DNA from: Spongospora subterranea f. sp. subterranea
Taxonomy: Eukaryota
Direction: 5' to 3'
Length of the DNA stretch: 38,190 bases
NCBI GenBank assembly: GCA_049724395.1
Contig: JAUGWO010000093.1
Location: 1 to 38,190, forward strand
Shown: piece after piece, positions 11,443 through 22,759 of the stretch
Layout of the letters: each line of letters opens with the position of its first letter
Numbering within the stretch: the stretch's first letter is position 1
Translations under genes and position numbers: made by a program
Notes under the pieces: model-generated
Told to the model about the DNA's origin: nothing
Databases searched by the model: none
The model's input: only the letters and a program-made list of their open reading frames with translations

Positions 11443-11451
11443 GCAAATCAA

Positions 11452-12050
11452 AGTTTAAAAGCAGCGGCACACGCAACTTTGATACCCACATCTAGAAAAC
11501 CTGCTTTTATCGAGTGCTTTTGAAAGATTGAAAAGTGCTTTTAAACTGATTAAAAAAAAAAGCAGAGTTTAAAAGCAGCGGCACACGCAACTTTGATACC
11601 CCCTTCTAGAAAACCTGCTTTTATCGAGTGCTTTTAAAGGATTAAAAAGTGCTTTTAAACTGATTAAAAGCAGAGTTTAAAAGCAGCGGCACACGCAACT
11701 TTGATACCCCCTTCTAGAAAACCTGCTTTTATCGAGTGCTTTTAAAGGATTAAAAAGTGCTTTTAAACTGATTAAAAGCAGAGTTTAAAAGCGGCGGCAC
11801 ACGCAACTTTGATACCCCCTTCTAGAAAACCTGCTTTTATCGAGTGCTTTTAAACTGATTAAAAGCAGAGTTTAAAAGCAGCGGCACACGCAACTTTGAT
11901 ACCCCCTTCTAGAAAACCTGCTTTTATCGAGTGCTTTTAAAGGAATAAAAAGTGCTTTTAAACTGATTAAAAGCAGAGTTTAAAAGCAGCGGCACAGCGC
12001 GGCAACTTTGATACCCCCTAATAAATGACTCACGCAACTTTGATACCCCC
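11452..12050. repeat. ~108-bp tandem array containing repeated Harbinger right TIRs
   Basis: About 5.5 units (one shortened to ~87 bp) each with GCAACTTTGATACCCCC (first copy degenerate), plus a final ~32-bp duplication; seven TIR copies in total. Confidence 0.95.
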
Positions 12051-12199
12051 TAATAAATGATTAGGAGCTCTTTAGAACTTGTGTAAACCTTTGTTTACAG
12101 ACCTTCACCTATACCACTGGCTTTACTTTCTAAAGTCAGTACAAAACGTTTTTACTGGTAACCAACCGCTCGGTAGCTTTCTACTGACGTTTGAGGCCA

Positions 12200-14297
12200 A
12201 TGGTGAACACTCGAGGGCCACACTGATCCTGAAGTGGCTGATTCTCAGACAAACAGCTCTACAAGCGATACTGAAACTCCTACTATCAGTCAACTTGCTA
12301 TATCCGGCAGATCGCCTGTATTTTTTCCTGTAGAAGCCCCCAAACTCAAAAATTTTGATCCTAAATCAATCGCAAATTTCCTTCGACAACGATCCGCTTC
12401 GAATCACTTGTCGCAGAACGTCGTCAGACACATGGCGAATCTATCACTGCAGTTTCCATCAAAAGCACAATTGATCCTATTCGCCTGAAAACATTTGCAA
12501 AGTTTGAAATCGGTAAATCGCTCCAAGAGGTGACCGACTCAGACATCAGTTCTCATTTGAAACAAATCCTGAAAGCCACATCCGTTTCTGGAGGTATTGA
12601 TATTGACCGACGAATTCAGTCCGAAGTCATGATGGACATGCGACTAAAAGATCCTCAAGTTCGCATTATCGCTCTTTTCTCCAAGATGGACGAACTTTTA
12701 GAAGACCTTGGGATCGCTGATTTATTCGTCGACGAGAACGGCATAAAAAAGAAAATCAAATATCTCATCAACGGTATTCGACCGAATAGTTTGAAAATAA
12801 TTGTCGAACACGCTCTCAAATCTACCTCTGAATCGCAAACGGCCCGAAAAGACGAAGCCGCATTCTACAAATTGGTTCTTTCCAAGGCGAAATCACAACA
12901 AGAAGTCCATTCCATTTAAATGGGAACTCAAAATCGTAAACCAAATTTCCCCACAACTACAGGATCAACCAGATCACAATTTCCATCTCAACCAAGTACA
13001 GGTACATCTACATCTAGAGAACAATTCCAAAAACCCGCTACCTCTTTCTCTGGGCGAACTACTAAAGGAGGACGTCTTATACCGAAAGCAGTCTCCGAAA
13101 AGTTTCTGTCGCGTCGTGGAGCAGTACGACCAAGTCACATTCCAAAGCAAGACTCTCATTTGGAGAGCGACCATTTGAACTAGACAATGGCGCGTCAAAG
13201 ACGACGTTATCAGCCAAAATGTTGTCTTCGATATCTGCGTTAGCGCCTGTGATGATACGAACTCTCGATCCTCCGCTAACTTACAAACTTGCTACCATAA
13301 GTCATTCGACGACGATGTCTAAAACCGCTTATCTCGATCTTACTCTTTCATTGCGGGCAGGAACCGTAAATTTTCGAAACATTGAATGCTATGTCACTGA
13401 CGAGGACATGGACACCGTTTTGATAGGTAAACCTGAACTTTTCAAGTTAGGAATCGATCCCGAAACGACTTTAAGCAACCAGCTTTTCGAGGCGCCGAAT
13501 AATCGAATCGACGTTGAACAATCATCCAACATTACAGCAGCTGAGGCGTCTAAACTCCAACTTCATCGTTTCGTAGTCCAAGATGATCCAGGTGATGCGG
13601 ATTATTAAATTGCTTTTGGAGCAGACGAAAAAACCGTAACTCGAAAAAGCATCGACGAAATGATACAAAGCGGTCGATAAAGGATTAGACAAAGCAGATA
13701 TACCAGCTCTCCAGAAACTAGTGTATCGGTACGAAGATATATGGCGAGTTAAACTGGAAAGTGATCCTCCTGCAAAAGTAACGCCACAGAAGCTACACTT
13801 CACTAATCCTGATCAACCAGTTCGTTGCAAGAATCATCGTTATCCTCAAGACTTTATGCAATTTCATACGCTAATGCTGGAGCAATATGGCTACATCAAC
13901 CGTAATCCTAAATCCCGTTACGCTTCACCAGCTCTGATCGTTTCTAAACCCGGCGGAGGGTATCGATTATGCATCGATACGAAGGAAGTTAATCGAAAAA
14001 TTGAGCCGTCAATATGGCCTATGCCACATATCGATGTCATATTAAGGCATTTGAAAGACGCTGGTTGTTTCTTCAAACTAGATGCGTTTGAGGGATTTTG
14101 GCAGTTCCCACTCCATCCAGATTCGCAAGAATTCTGTTCCTTTATGACTCATGAGGCAATATTCACTCCTAGGCGAATTATTCAGGGCAAAATTGACTCT
14201 GTCTTCGTATTTCAAGCAGGAATGCAAGAAGCACTCGGTGACCTCATATCTACAATAGTTCTCCTCTGGGCAGACGACATCTTAGGTTACGGGAAGT
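12200..14297 (+). pseudogene. Second Ty3/Gypsy retrotransposon: frameshifted gag-pol, truncated inside RT
   Basis: MVNTRG start; VLIGKPELFKLGIDP protease C-terminus; YASPALIVSKPGGGYRLCID, FKLDAFEGFWQFPL, LLWADD; several stops and frameshifts. Confidence 0.88.
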
Positions 14298-14330
14298 GAA
14301 ACTACCGTCTTCACCCGAATATTGCGCCTA

Positions 14331-16924
14331 CAGTACCGGACAGCTTAACCTGACACACTTTGTATGGGACCCACGGGAATTTGTTTCAGAGGAACGATTA
14401 TGTGGTTTTTGTTTCAACACTCGCTGTTATTGGTTAGATCTCGGCGAGATCAACATTCTGACAGAGTTAGATTTTTTATAAGTCAAATATTGACTGTGAA
14501 ATAGAATTTCCCGTTTGTATGGTGGGCAAGGAAATTGAATTTTGTATGGGCGAAAACGAAACACCTCAGTTTTTGCGTACGCATATTAGGTTTTTTTGCG
14601 CGCGCACATTGTTACTGCGCACGCAGTTTTGTTAGTGCGTACACAAAACTAGACCCAGGTCACCCCCTTGAAAAAACAAAGTTTTTCTTGTGATTTTCAC
14701 GACGACCCTGCTAACGGATCGAAACCAATTCAATCTCAGTCCTCAATTTCAATGGCTCGTAAAACTAAACGCTCAATGCAATTACACCACGCGAGAGAAT
14801 GCAAAAAATTGAAGTCGTTGGCCGAACCTGAACCTGATGCTGATCATAGCGATAGTCAAGGTGATGATTTTTACTTTTCGAATGATGAGGTCTTGACTGA
14901 CAAAGAAATTGATTCATCAACGACCTCGTTTTTGAAATGGATCCCTGGAGCTGGATCACATCTTCGTAACAGTTACTCTAAGAATAGCACGACTACGTTG
15001 TGGAGAAGAAAAAAAGCCAACCAAGCGAAAATCGACTCGTCATCAAATAATCACAAGATTCTGGAGTATTTTAGTTCATGCGTTCGACAAACCACTAATG
15101 GGCAGTCGGTTTGCGATGGATTATCGTCCGATTCTGAGTCAGAAAATGGGAAAGATGTCTCCGGACACAGTGCCCTAAAACTTCTTGAAGATCTTACAGC
15201 CTTCAACTGCTCCCAAACCATCGAAAAAAGCTTGAAGGACATTTCCAAATATGATTATCTTCGATATCATGCAATTAAGCAATATCTTACTTTGCGTCAG
15301 AACTCTATAACGATGATGCAAGCTTCGAAACAAGTTGCATCTCAGTTTTTTCCAAACAACAATGCTGATTCATATTCGCGAAAGATCAGGCGATGGGCGA
15401 GTTTTTTCCTTCGTCACCAAAAGCTACCATGTCACCGCCAAGGTTGTTTTATCAAGGTCAAATCACTTGTGAATGACGAAGATGTCGCCAAGGAATGCAT
15501 GATATGGCTACGATCGCAGCGGAACGACGCTGTATCGGGATTATCATTCTCGCAATGGGTGAAAGCTGAATTGCACGTCCGTTTGAAAATGGGTAATCCT
15601 GTCACGATCTCAGAAAGAACGGCAACACGGTGGTTGAACACGCTGGGTTTGCGTTTTGGAGGATATAAGAAAGGTCTGTATAATGACGGCCATGAAAGGG
15701 AAGATGTCGTCATATATAGAGAGTCGTTTTTATCTCGAATGGACGTCTACGATCGAAGGATGGCAAAATTTGAAGGAGACGAGCTGATGAATATTGTGGA
15801 GCCAACGCTTGCACCGGGGGAGAAAAAATTAATTTTATTAACACATGATGAATCATGCTTCAGCTCTTACGACGGGAAAAAAACTATATGGATTGATGAT
15901 AACCATATGCCATTACGGCCCAAGGGAGAAGGGAGGAGTGTAATGGTGTCAGAATTTTTGTGCGAGTGTCATGGGCCCCTAAAACTCGATGACGAACAGC
16001 AAGCTCAGAACCCTGGCGTTCCTATTGAATCAGTGGTAATCATAAAGCCCGGTAAAAACTCGGATGGATACTGGACGAATGCTGATCTAGCAAAGCAGCT
16101 GGGCGATAAAGTTTTGCCAATTTTCAGGATTCTACATCCGAATTGTCAAGCTTTGGTCCTGTTTGATAACTCGCAGAACCATCATGCCCTGCCACCCGAT
16201 GCACTCAACGCAAAGGTCCTAACAGTAAAAGATGGCGGAAAGAACATCAGGTCTCAACGGAACGGATGGTTCATCCAGGAAGGCCAAAAAGTGACTCAGC
16301 CCATGCAGGATGATCAAGGCGTACAGAAAGGACTCCGAACGATTCTGACTGAACGTGGACTGTGGAATAATTCCATGTCGTTAGCTGGTGCGCGGGCATT
16401 GCTGCAGGAACAGCCCGATTTCCAAGAGCAGCGGGAGTGGTTAACGGAAATCGTGGAACAAAGTGGTGGAATCATCGACTATTATCCAAAGTTTCACTGC
16501 GAAATGAATTTTATAGAAATGTTCTGGGCGGCGTGTAAAAGTTTCACCAGGAAGAATTGTACATATTCTTTTCGGGATCTAGTGAAGATCGTGCCGATCG
16601 CTCTTTCAAGCGTGTCGTTAACGCAGATCCGAAGATTCGCCAGAAAGTGTTATCGATATATCGATGCGTATCGAGTGACCGGTCAAGACGGCAATAAACT
16701 ATCGCCACGCCAGGTAGAATTTGCTGTTAAGAAACACAAGCGCCATCGCAGCCTGCTAAAAAGGATGCTGGAAGACCTCCAAATTTGATACACATGAATA
16801 ATTACCTGTTGGTTTATCAGTTGCAGTTGCGCAATTTAATTTACCGTACGGTGTTTCTTAAATTGTGCGCGCAGTTTTCAAAAACCAAATTGAAAAGCGT
16901 GTCAAGTTAAGATGTCCGGTACTG
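14331..16924 (+). mobile_element. Complete IS630/Tc1/mariner-superfamily transposon
   Basis: 26-bp TIR CAGTACCGGACA(G/T)CTTAAC(C/T)TGACAC with 2 mismatches; TA TSD within palindromic target GCGCCTAGGCGC; single intact ORF. Confidence 0.93.
14752..16788 (+). CDS. DDE transposase, IS630/Tc1/mariner-like with long D-E insert
   Basis: ISERTATRWLNTLG HTH, DGHEREDVV.YR, THDESCF, LFDNSQNH, YPKFHCEMNFIEMFW; uninterrupted; first ATG at 14752. Confidence 0.92.
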   Translation: MARKTKRSMQLHHARECKKLKSLAEPEPDADHSDSQGDDFYFSNDEVLTDKEIDSSTTSFLKWIPGAGSHLRNSYSKNSTTTLWRRKKANQAKIDSSSNNHKILEYFSSCVRQTTNGQSVCDGLSSDSESENGKDVSGHSALKLLEDLTAFNCSQTIEKSLKDISKYDYLRYHAIKQYLTLRQNSITMMQASKQVASQFFPNNNADSYSRKIRRWASFFLRHQKLPCHRQGCFIKVKSLVNDEDVAKECMIWLRSQRNDAVSGLSFSQWVKAELHVRLKMGNPVTISERTATRWLNTLGLRFGGYKKGLYNDGHEREDVVIYRESFLSRMDVYDRRMAKFEGDELMNIVEPTLAPGEKKLILLTHDESCFSSYDGKKTIWIDDNHMPLRPKGEGRSVMVSEFLCECHGPLKLDDEQQAQNPGVPIESVVIIKPGKNSDGYWTNADLAKQLGDKVLPIFRILHPNCQALVLFDNSQNHHALPPDALNAKVLTVKDGGKNIRSQRNGWFIQEGQKVTQPMQDDQGVQKGLRTILTERGLWNNSMSLAGARALLQEQPDFQEQREWLTEIVEQSGGIIDYYPKFHCEMNFIEMFWAACKSFTRKNCTYSFRDLVKIVPIALSSVSLTQIRRFARKCYRYIDAYRVTGQDGNKLSPRQVEFAVKKHKRHRSLLKRMLEDLQI

Positions 16925-17343
16925 TAGGCGCTTTGATCGAATAGTGCGTATATGGGCGCACTATTCGAATGCGTTGTATTGCAGGTTTAGGCCACCAACT
17001 TTCTTTCCCCGACGTCCAAGTAGGTGTTGTATTTGAATACACCACCTAGGTGCTCTATTACATTGTACTCAATATGATATGTTGAGTGTGAGTATGACGG
17101 TTGGAGGTGCGGACTTGACACTCTTGCGTAATCAAGACAGGTTTTCTTCTGTAACAATGGAGAGTGCCGAGCACGTCAGAAAAGTCGGATTATTCAAGTA
17201 AGACCTTGGGCGTCGCTGCCAACTTCATGACGCGTACGGAGAGCAGCTATCTCACACAACAAAGGCGCACAATTCAAATACAACGCCTAGGCGTTGTATT
17301 TCACTAGGCGTTGTATTCGAGTTTTATGAGAAACTTTTAAATA

Positions 17344-18092
17344 CAGTAGCGATCACCTTAACCCGACAATTTCAAACCCTAGTCCCAATATTTTCACTAG
17401 ATTTAATGTACACTTAGTGTACATATGATACTCTCATTTTGTTAAATGGGAGATTTGTACACTTAGTTTACATATGATACTACTATAAGTCATTTATTAC
17501 AGTGTCAGGTACAGTCCTATGCCCGCGATATTTCTAATCGTCGGAATCAGAAACAATATAATTGTCATCATCTTCAAACACAGAACTTTCGACGACAGAG
17601 AGACCATTATTGATCGAAAAGCCAGATGAGGAGCAGTCATCAGCGTCGGCAGCGATCCGCGATGCAACCAACTTGGCGATTTACTTTCGACGTTTATTTA
17701 AAGGCGGCATATCAAAAACGCAAGTCTCTATGTTTTGGCCTGCGTCACTGCAATATCGCTGGTCAGTGCGCATGATATACTTTTATCCGTGACTGTTTCA
17801 CTACTTGGCACTGCGCATTATATATTTTATGCGTGACTGCACAAGGAAAGTGCGCCGTTGCAATTGTTTTCCATAGATACAGTCCCATTATCCATCAAGG
17901 CACTGTATCTATAAAGTGTATCTACTCCGTCAATAATGCCTCAATAATAAAATTGAACACGTAACTTTGTTCGTAATGCAAAGACCTAAAGATTTACGTA
18001 CAAATTGTACGATATGAATTTATCGTCCATGACCAGATACAGTTCAAGCCGCCTACAGTCACGGAATTGTCGGGTTAAGGTGATCGCTACTG
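17344..18092. mobile_element. MITE, ~750 bp, TA TSD
   Basis: 28-bp perfect TIR CAGTAGCGATCACCTTAACCCGACAATT; TA at 17342-17343 and 18093-18094. Confidence 0.9.
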
Positions 18093-18464
18093 TACCTTAA
18101 TTTTTAGTCAAACTCAGATAGAACGCCTAGGCAAATCTGCAATATTCGGGTGAAGACGGTAGTTGCGTGGGTCGGTTCCGACGCAACTACCTAGTTGCGC
18201 GGTTAATTGCCAGTCGCATTTCGCGGTTTCTACTGAAAATACAAAATATTTTGTTAATTTCTAGAAACATCTCTTGAGTGATGTTTTTATTGATTCAGTT
18301 TTTCCTGCTGCTCCAATTTGAAGGCCTCAGGATGATCGATTGGGCTCATTTCGGTCTCAAGTTCTTTGTTTGAAACCCGGACTTGGCTTTGCGCGTTTTC
18401 GGCGCAGAAGCTGGCGCCGAGCCCAAAATAATTGTAAATTGATTGGATCATGACAGTTGGAAAG

Positions 18465-21400
18465 AATAACCCCATAAAAGGATATGGGATCACGTTATCA
18501 TCAACCTGATTATGACAGTTAGGGCTAGCAAATAACCCCCTTAAGGGATATGGGATCACGTTATCATCAACCTGATCATGACAGTTAGGGCTAGAATAAC
18601 CCCCTTAAGGGATATGGGATCACGTTATCATCAACCTGATCATGACAGTTAGGGCTAGAATAACCCTCTTAAGGGATATGGGATATCACGTTATCATCAA
18701 CCTGATCACACTGACGGGATATGGGATCACGTTATCATCAACCTGATCACACTTACGGGATATGGGGATCACGTTATCATCAACCTGATCATGACAGTTA
18801 CGGGATAGAATAATCATCAACCTGATCACACTTACGGGATGGATCACGTTATCATCAACCTGATCATGACAGGATATGGGGTCACGTTATCATCAACCTG
18901 ATCACACTTAGGGATATGGGATCACGTTATCATCAACCCATGACGGGATATGGGGTCACGCTATCATAAAGGGATATGGGATCACGTTATCATCAACCTG
19001 ATGATGACACTTACGGGATATAGGATCACGATCATCAACCTGATCACACTTACGGGATATAGGATCACGTTATCTGATGATGACAGTTGGGGTCACGTTA
19101 TATCAACCTGATCACACTTACGGGATATGGGATCACGTTATCATCAACCTGATAATCGACACTTACGGGATATAGGGGACCTGATCACTTACGTTATCAT
19201 CAACCTGATCACACTTACGGGATCAGGGATAGATCATCAACCTGATCACACTTACGGGATATGGGATCACGTTATCATCAACCTGATCGGGATATGGGAC
19301 AGTTAGGGCTATAATAACCTGATCACAACGGGATATGGGATCACGTTATCATCAACCTGATCACGTTACGGGATATGGGGTCACGTTATCATCAACCTGA
19401 TCACACTTACGGGATATGGGATCACGTTATCATCAACCTGATCATGACAGTTAGGGATAGAATATCATCAACCTGATCTTAAGGGATATGGGATCACGTT
19501 ATCATCAACCTGATCATGACGATCATCAACCTGATCACACTTACGGGATATGGGATCACGTTATCATCAACCTGATGACGGGATATGGGCTAGAATCAAC
19601 CTGATCACACTTACGGGATATGGGATCACGTTATCATCAACCTGATCACACTTATCACGTTATCATCAACCTGATCACACTTACGGGATATGGGATCACG
19701 TGATATCATCACAATCCTGATCATGACAGTTAGGGCTCAGTTATCATAACCCACACTTAAGGGATATGGGATCACGTTATCATCAACCTGATCCACACGG
19801 GATATGGGATCACGTTATCATCAACCTGATCACACTTACGGGATATGGGGGGATCCTCTTAAGGGATATGGGATCACGTTATCATCAACCTGATCACATT
19901 ACAGATAGGGCTCACGAATAACCTGATCCACTTAAGGGATATGGGATCACGTTATCATCAACCTGATCACTGACAGATAGGGCTAGAATAACTGATCCAC
20001 TTACGGGATATGGGATCACGTTATCATCAACCTGATCATGACAGTTAGGGCTCAGAATAACCACACTTACGGGATATGGGATCACGTTATCATCAACCTG
20101 ATCACGGGATACTCAGAATCAACGGGATATGGGATCACGTTATCATCAACCTGATCACACTTACGGGATATGGGGTCACGTTATCACCCTGATAAGGGAT
20201 CACGTTATCATCAACCTGATCACACTTACGGGATATGGGATCACGTTATCATCAACCTTAAGGGATATGGGATCACGTTATCACTTACGGGATATGGGAT
20301 CACGTTATCATCAACCTGATCACACTTACGGGATATGGGATCACGTTATCATCAACCTGATCACACTTACGGGATATGGGATCACGTTATCATCAACCTG
20401 ATCACACTTACGGGATATGGGGTCACGTTATCATCAACCTGATCACACTTACGGGATATGGGATCACGTTATCATCAACCTGATCATGACTTACTGATCA
20501 CACTTACGGGATATGGGATCACGTTATCATCAACCTGATCACACTTACGGGATATGGGATCACGTTATCATCAACCTGATCACTGACGGGTTAGGGCTGG
20601 GGTCACGTTATCATCAACCTGATCATTTAGGGATATGGGATCACGTTATCATCAACCTCACGATCAACACACGGGTTAGGGGCTTAAGGGGTCACGTTAT
20701 CATCAACCTGATCTTGAGGGATATGGGATCACGTTATCATCAACCTGATCACACCTGTTAGGGATAGAATAACCCTGATCTTAAGGGATATGGGATCACG
20801 TTATCATCAACCTGATCACACTTCATGACAAGTTAGGGTCAGAATAACCCCTCTTAAAACGGATAATTGGGATCACATCAACCTGATCGGTCAACATCAA
20901 CCGGGATATGGGATCACGTTATCATCAACCTGATCACACTACGGGATATGTCGGATCACGTTATCATCAACCTGATCACACTTACAGTGGGATATGGGAT
21001 CACGTTATCATCAACCTGATCACACTTACGGGATATGGGATCACGTTATCATCAACCTGATCACACTTAGAATAACCCTCTTGGGATATCACGTTATCAT
21101 CAACCTGATCATGACAGTTACGGGACAATGGGATCACGTTATCATCAACCTGATCACACTTACGGGATATGGGATCACGTTATCATCAACCTGATCACAC
21201 TGACGGGTTAGGGATCAGATCATCAACCTGATCACACTTAAGGGATATGGGATCACGTTATCATCAACCTGATCACATAGAACGTTAGGGCTGTGAATAA
21301 CCACACTTACGGGATATGGGATCACGTTATCATCAACCTGATCACACTTACGGGATATGGGGTCACGAATCATCAACCTGATCACACTTACGGGATATGG

Positions 21401-22711
21401 GATCACGTTATCATCAACCTGATCACACTTACAGATATGGGGTCACGTTATCATCAACCTGATCACACTTACGGGATATGGGATCACGTTATCATCAACC
21501 TGATCACACTTACGGGATATGGGGTCACGTTATCATCAACCTGATCACACTTACGGGATATGGGATCACGTTATCACGTCTATCATCAACCTGATCACAC
21601 TTACGGGATATAGGATCACGTTATCATCAACCTGATCACACTTACGGGATATGGGATCACGTTATCATCAACCTGATCACACTTACGGGATATGGGATCA
21701 CGTTATCATCAACCTGATCACACTTACGGGATATGGGATCACGTTATCATCAACCTGATCACACTTACGGGATATGGGATCACGTTATCGGATCAACCTG
21801 ATCACACTTACGGGATATGGGATCACGTTATCATCAACCTGATCACACTTACGGGATATGGGATCACGTTATCATCAACCTGATCACACTTACGGGATAT
21901 AGGGTCTAGTTATCATCAACCTGATCACATTTACGGGATATGGGATCACGTTATCATCAACCTGATCACACTTACGGGATATGGGGTCACGTTATCATCA
22001 ACCTGATCACACTTACGGGATATGGGATCACGTTATCATCAACCTGATCACACTTACGGGATATGGGATCACGTTATCATCAACCTGATCACACTTACGG
22101 GATATAGGATCACGTTATCATCAACCTGATCACATCCTTACGGGATATGGGGAATAACGTTATCATCATGGGACCTGATCACACTTACGGGATATGGGGT
22201 CACGTTATCATCAACCTGATCACACTTACGGGATATGGGATCACGTTATCATCAACCTGATCATGGATACGGGATATGGGATCACGTTATCATCAACCTA
22301 ATCACCCACTTACTGTATATGGGATCACGGAACCTGATCACACTTACGGGATATGGGATCACGTTATCATCAACCTGATCACACTTACGGGATAGGGTCA
22401 CGTTATCATCAACCTGATCACACTTACGGGATATGGGATCACGTTATCATCAACCTGATCACACTTACGGGATTAGGGTCACGTTATCATCAACCTGATC
22501 ACACTTACGGGATCAGTGGATCACGGATATACGGGATCACGCCACACTTAACCTGATCACACTTACGGGTTAGGGATCACGTTATCATCAACCTGATCAC
22601 ACTTACGGGATATGGGATCACGTTATCATCAACCTGATCACACTTACGGGATATGGGATCACGTTATCATCAACCTGATCACACTTACGGGATATGGGGT
22701 CACGTTATCAC
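18465..22711. repeat. Satellite array: 41-bp main unit plus ~63-bp variant
   Basis: GGGATATGGGATCACGTTATCATCAACCTGATCACACTTAC; variant linker TGACAGTTAGGGCTAGAATAACCCCCTTAA; many truncated or mosaic units. Confidence 0.97.
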
Positions 22712-22759
22712 ACTCCTTCATTATTTAGGGTTCATCATAGAGCGCCTGTATTTTACAGA

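Larger units (their letters stand above)
3826..12050. mobile_element. PIF/Harbinger-type (PHIS) two-gene DNA transposon
   Basis: TIR GGGGGTATCAAAGTTGC at 3826 and its reverse complement GCAACTTTGATACCCCC ending at 12018 and 12050; convergent partner gene and DDE transposase. Confidence 0.88.
14305..18159. mobile_element. Non-autonomous Tc1/mariner-type MITE (~0.5 kb net) hosting two nested insertions
   Basis: 21-bp TIR CCGTCTTCACCCGAATATTGC / GCAATATTCGGGTGAAGACGG, TA on both sides. Confidence 0.85.

Noticed and set aside
12051..12190. Remainder of the LTR and a primer-binding site (TGGTAACC at ~12166)
   Set aside because: No second LTR copy or clear CA terminus; cannot tell which Gypsy element it belongs to
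14668..16788. Fanzor/TnpB RNA-guided nuclease in the mariner element
   Set aside because: Single ORF fully explained by HTH plus DDE motifs; no RuvC/zinc-finger pattern and no room for a second ORF
18287..18460. Possible terminal exon on the minus strand
   Set aside because: Short, merges into the satellite, no identifiable homology
18520..21300. Telomeric TTAGGG tract
   Set aside because: Only single TTAGGG hexamers inside the long satellite unit; no tandem run
20129..22556. Short ORFs MGSRYHQPDHTYG...
   Set aside because: Translations of the satellite
18465..22711. CRISPR-like repeat/spacer array
   Set aside because: Linkers are recurrent variants of two sequences rather than unique spacers; no cas genes; eukaryotic context
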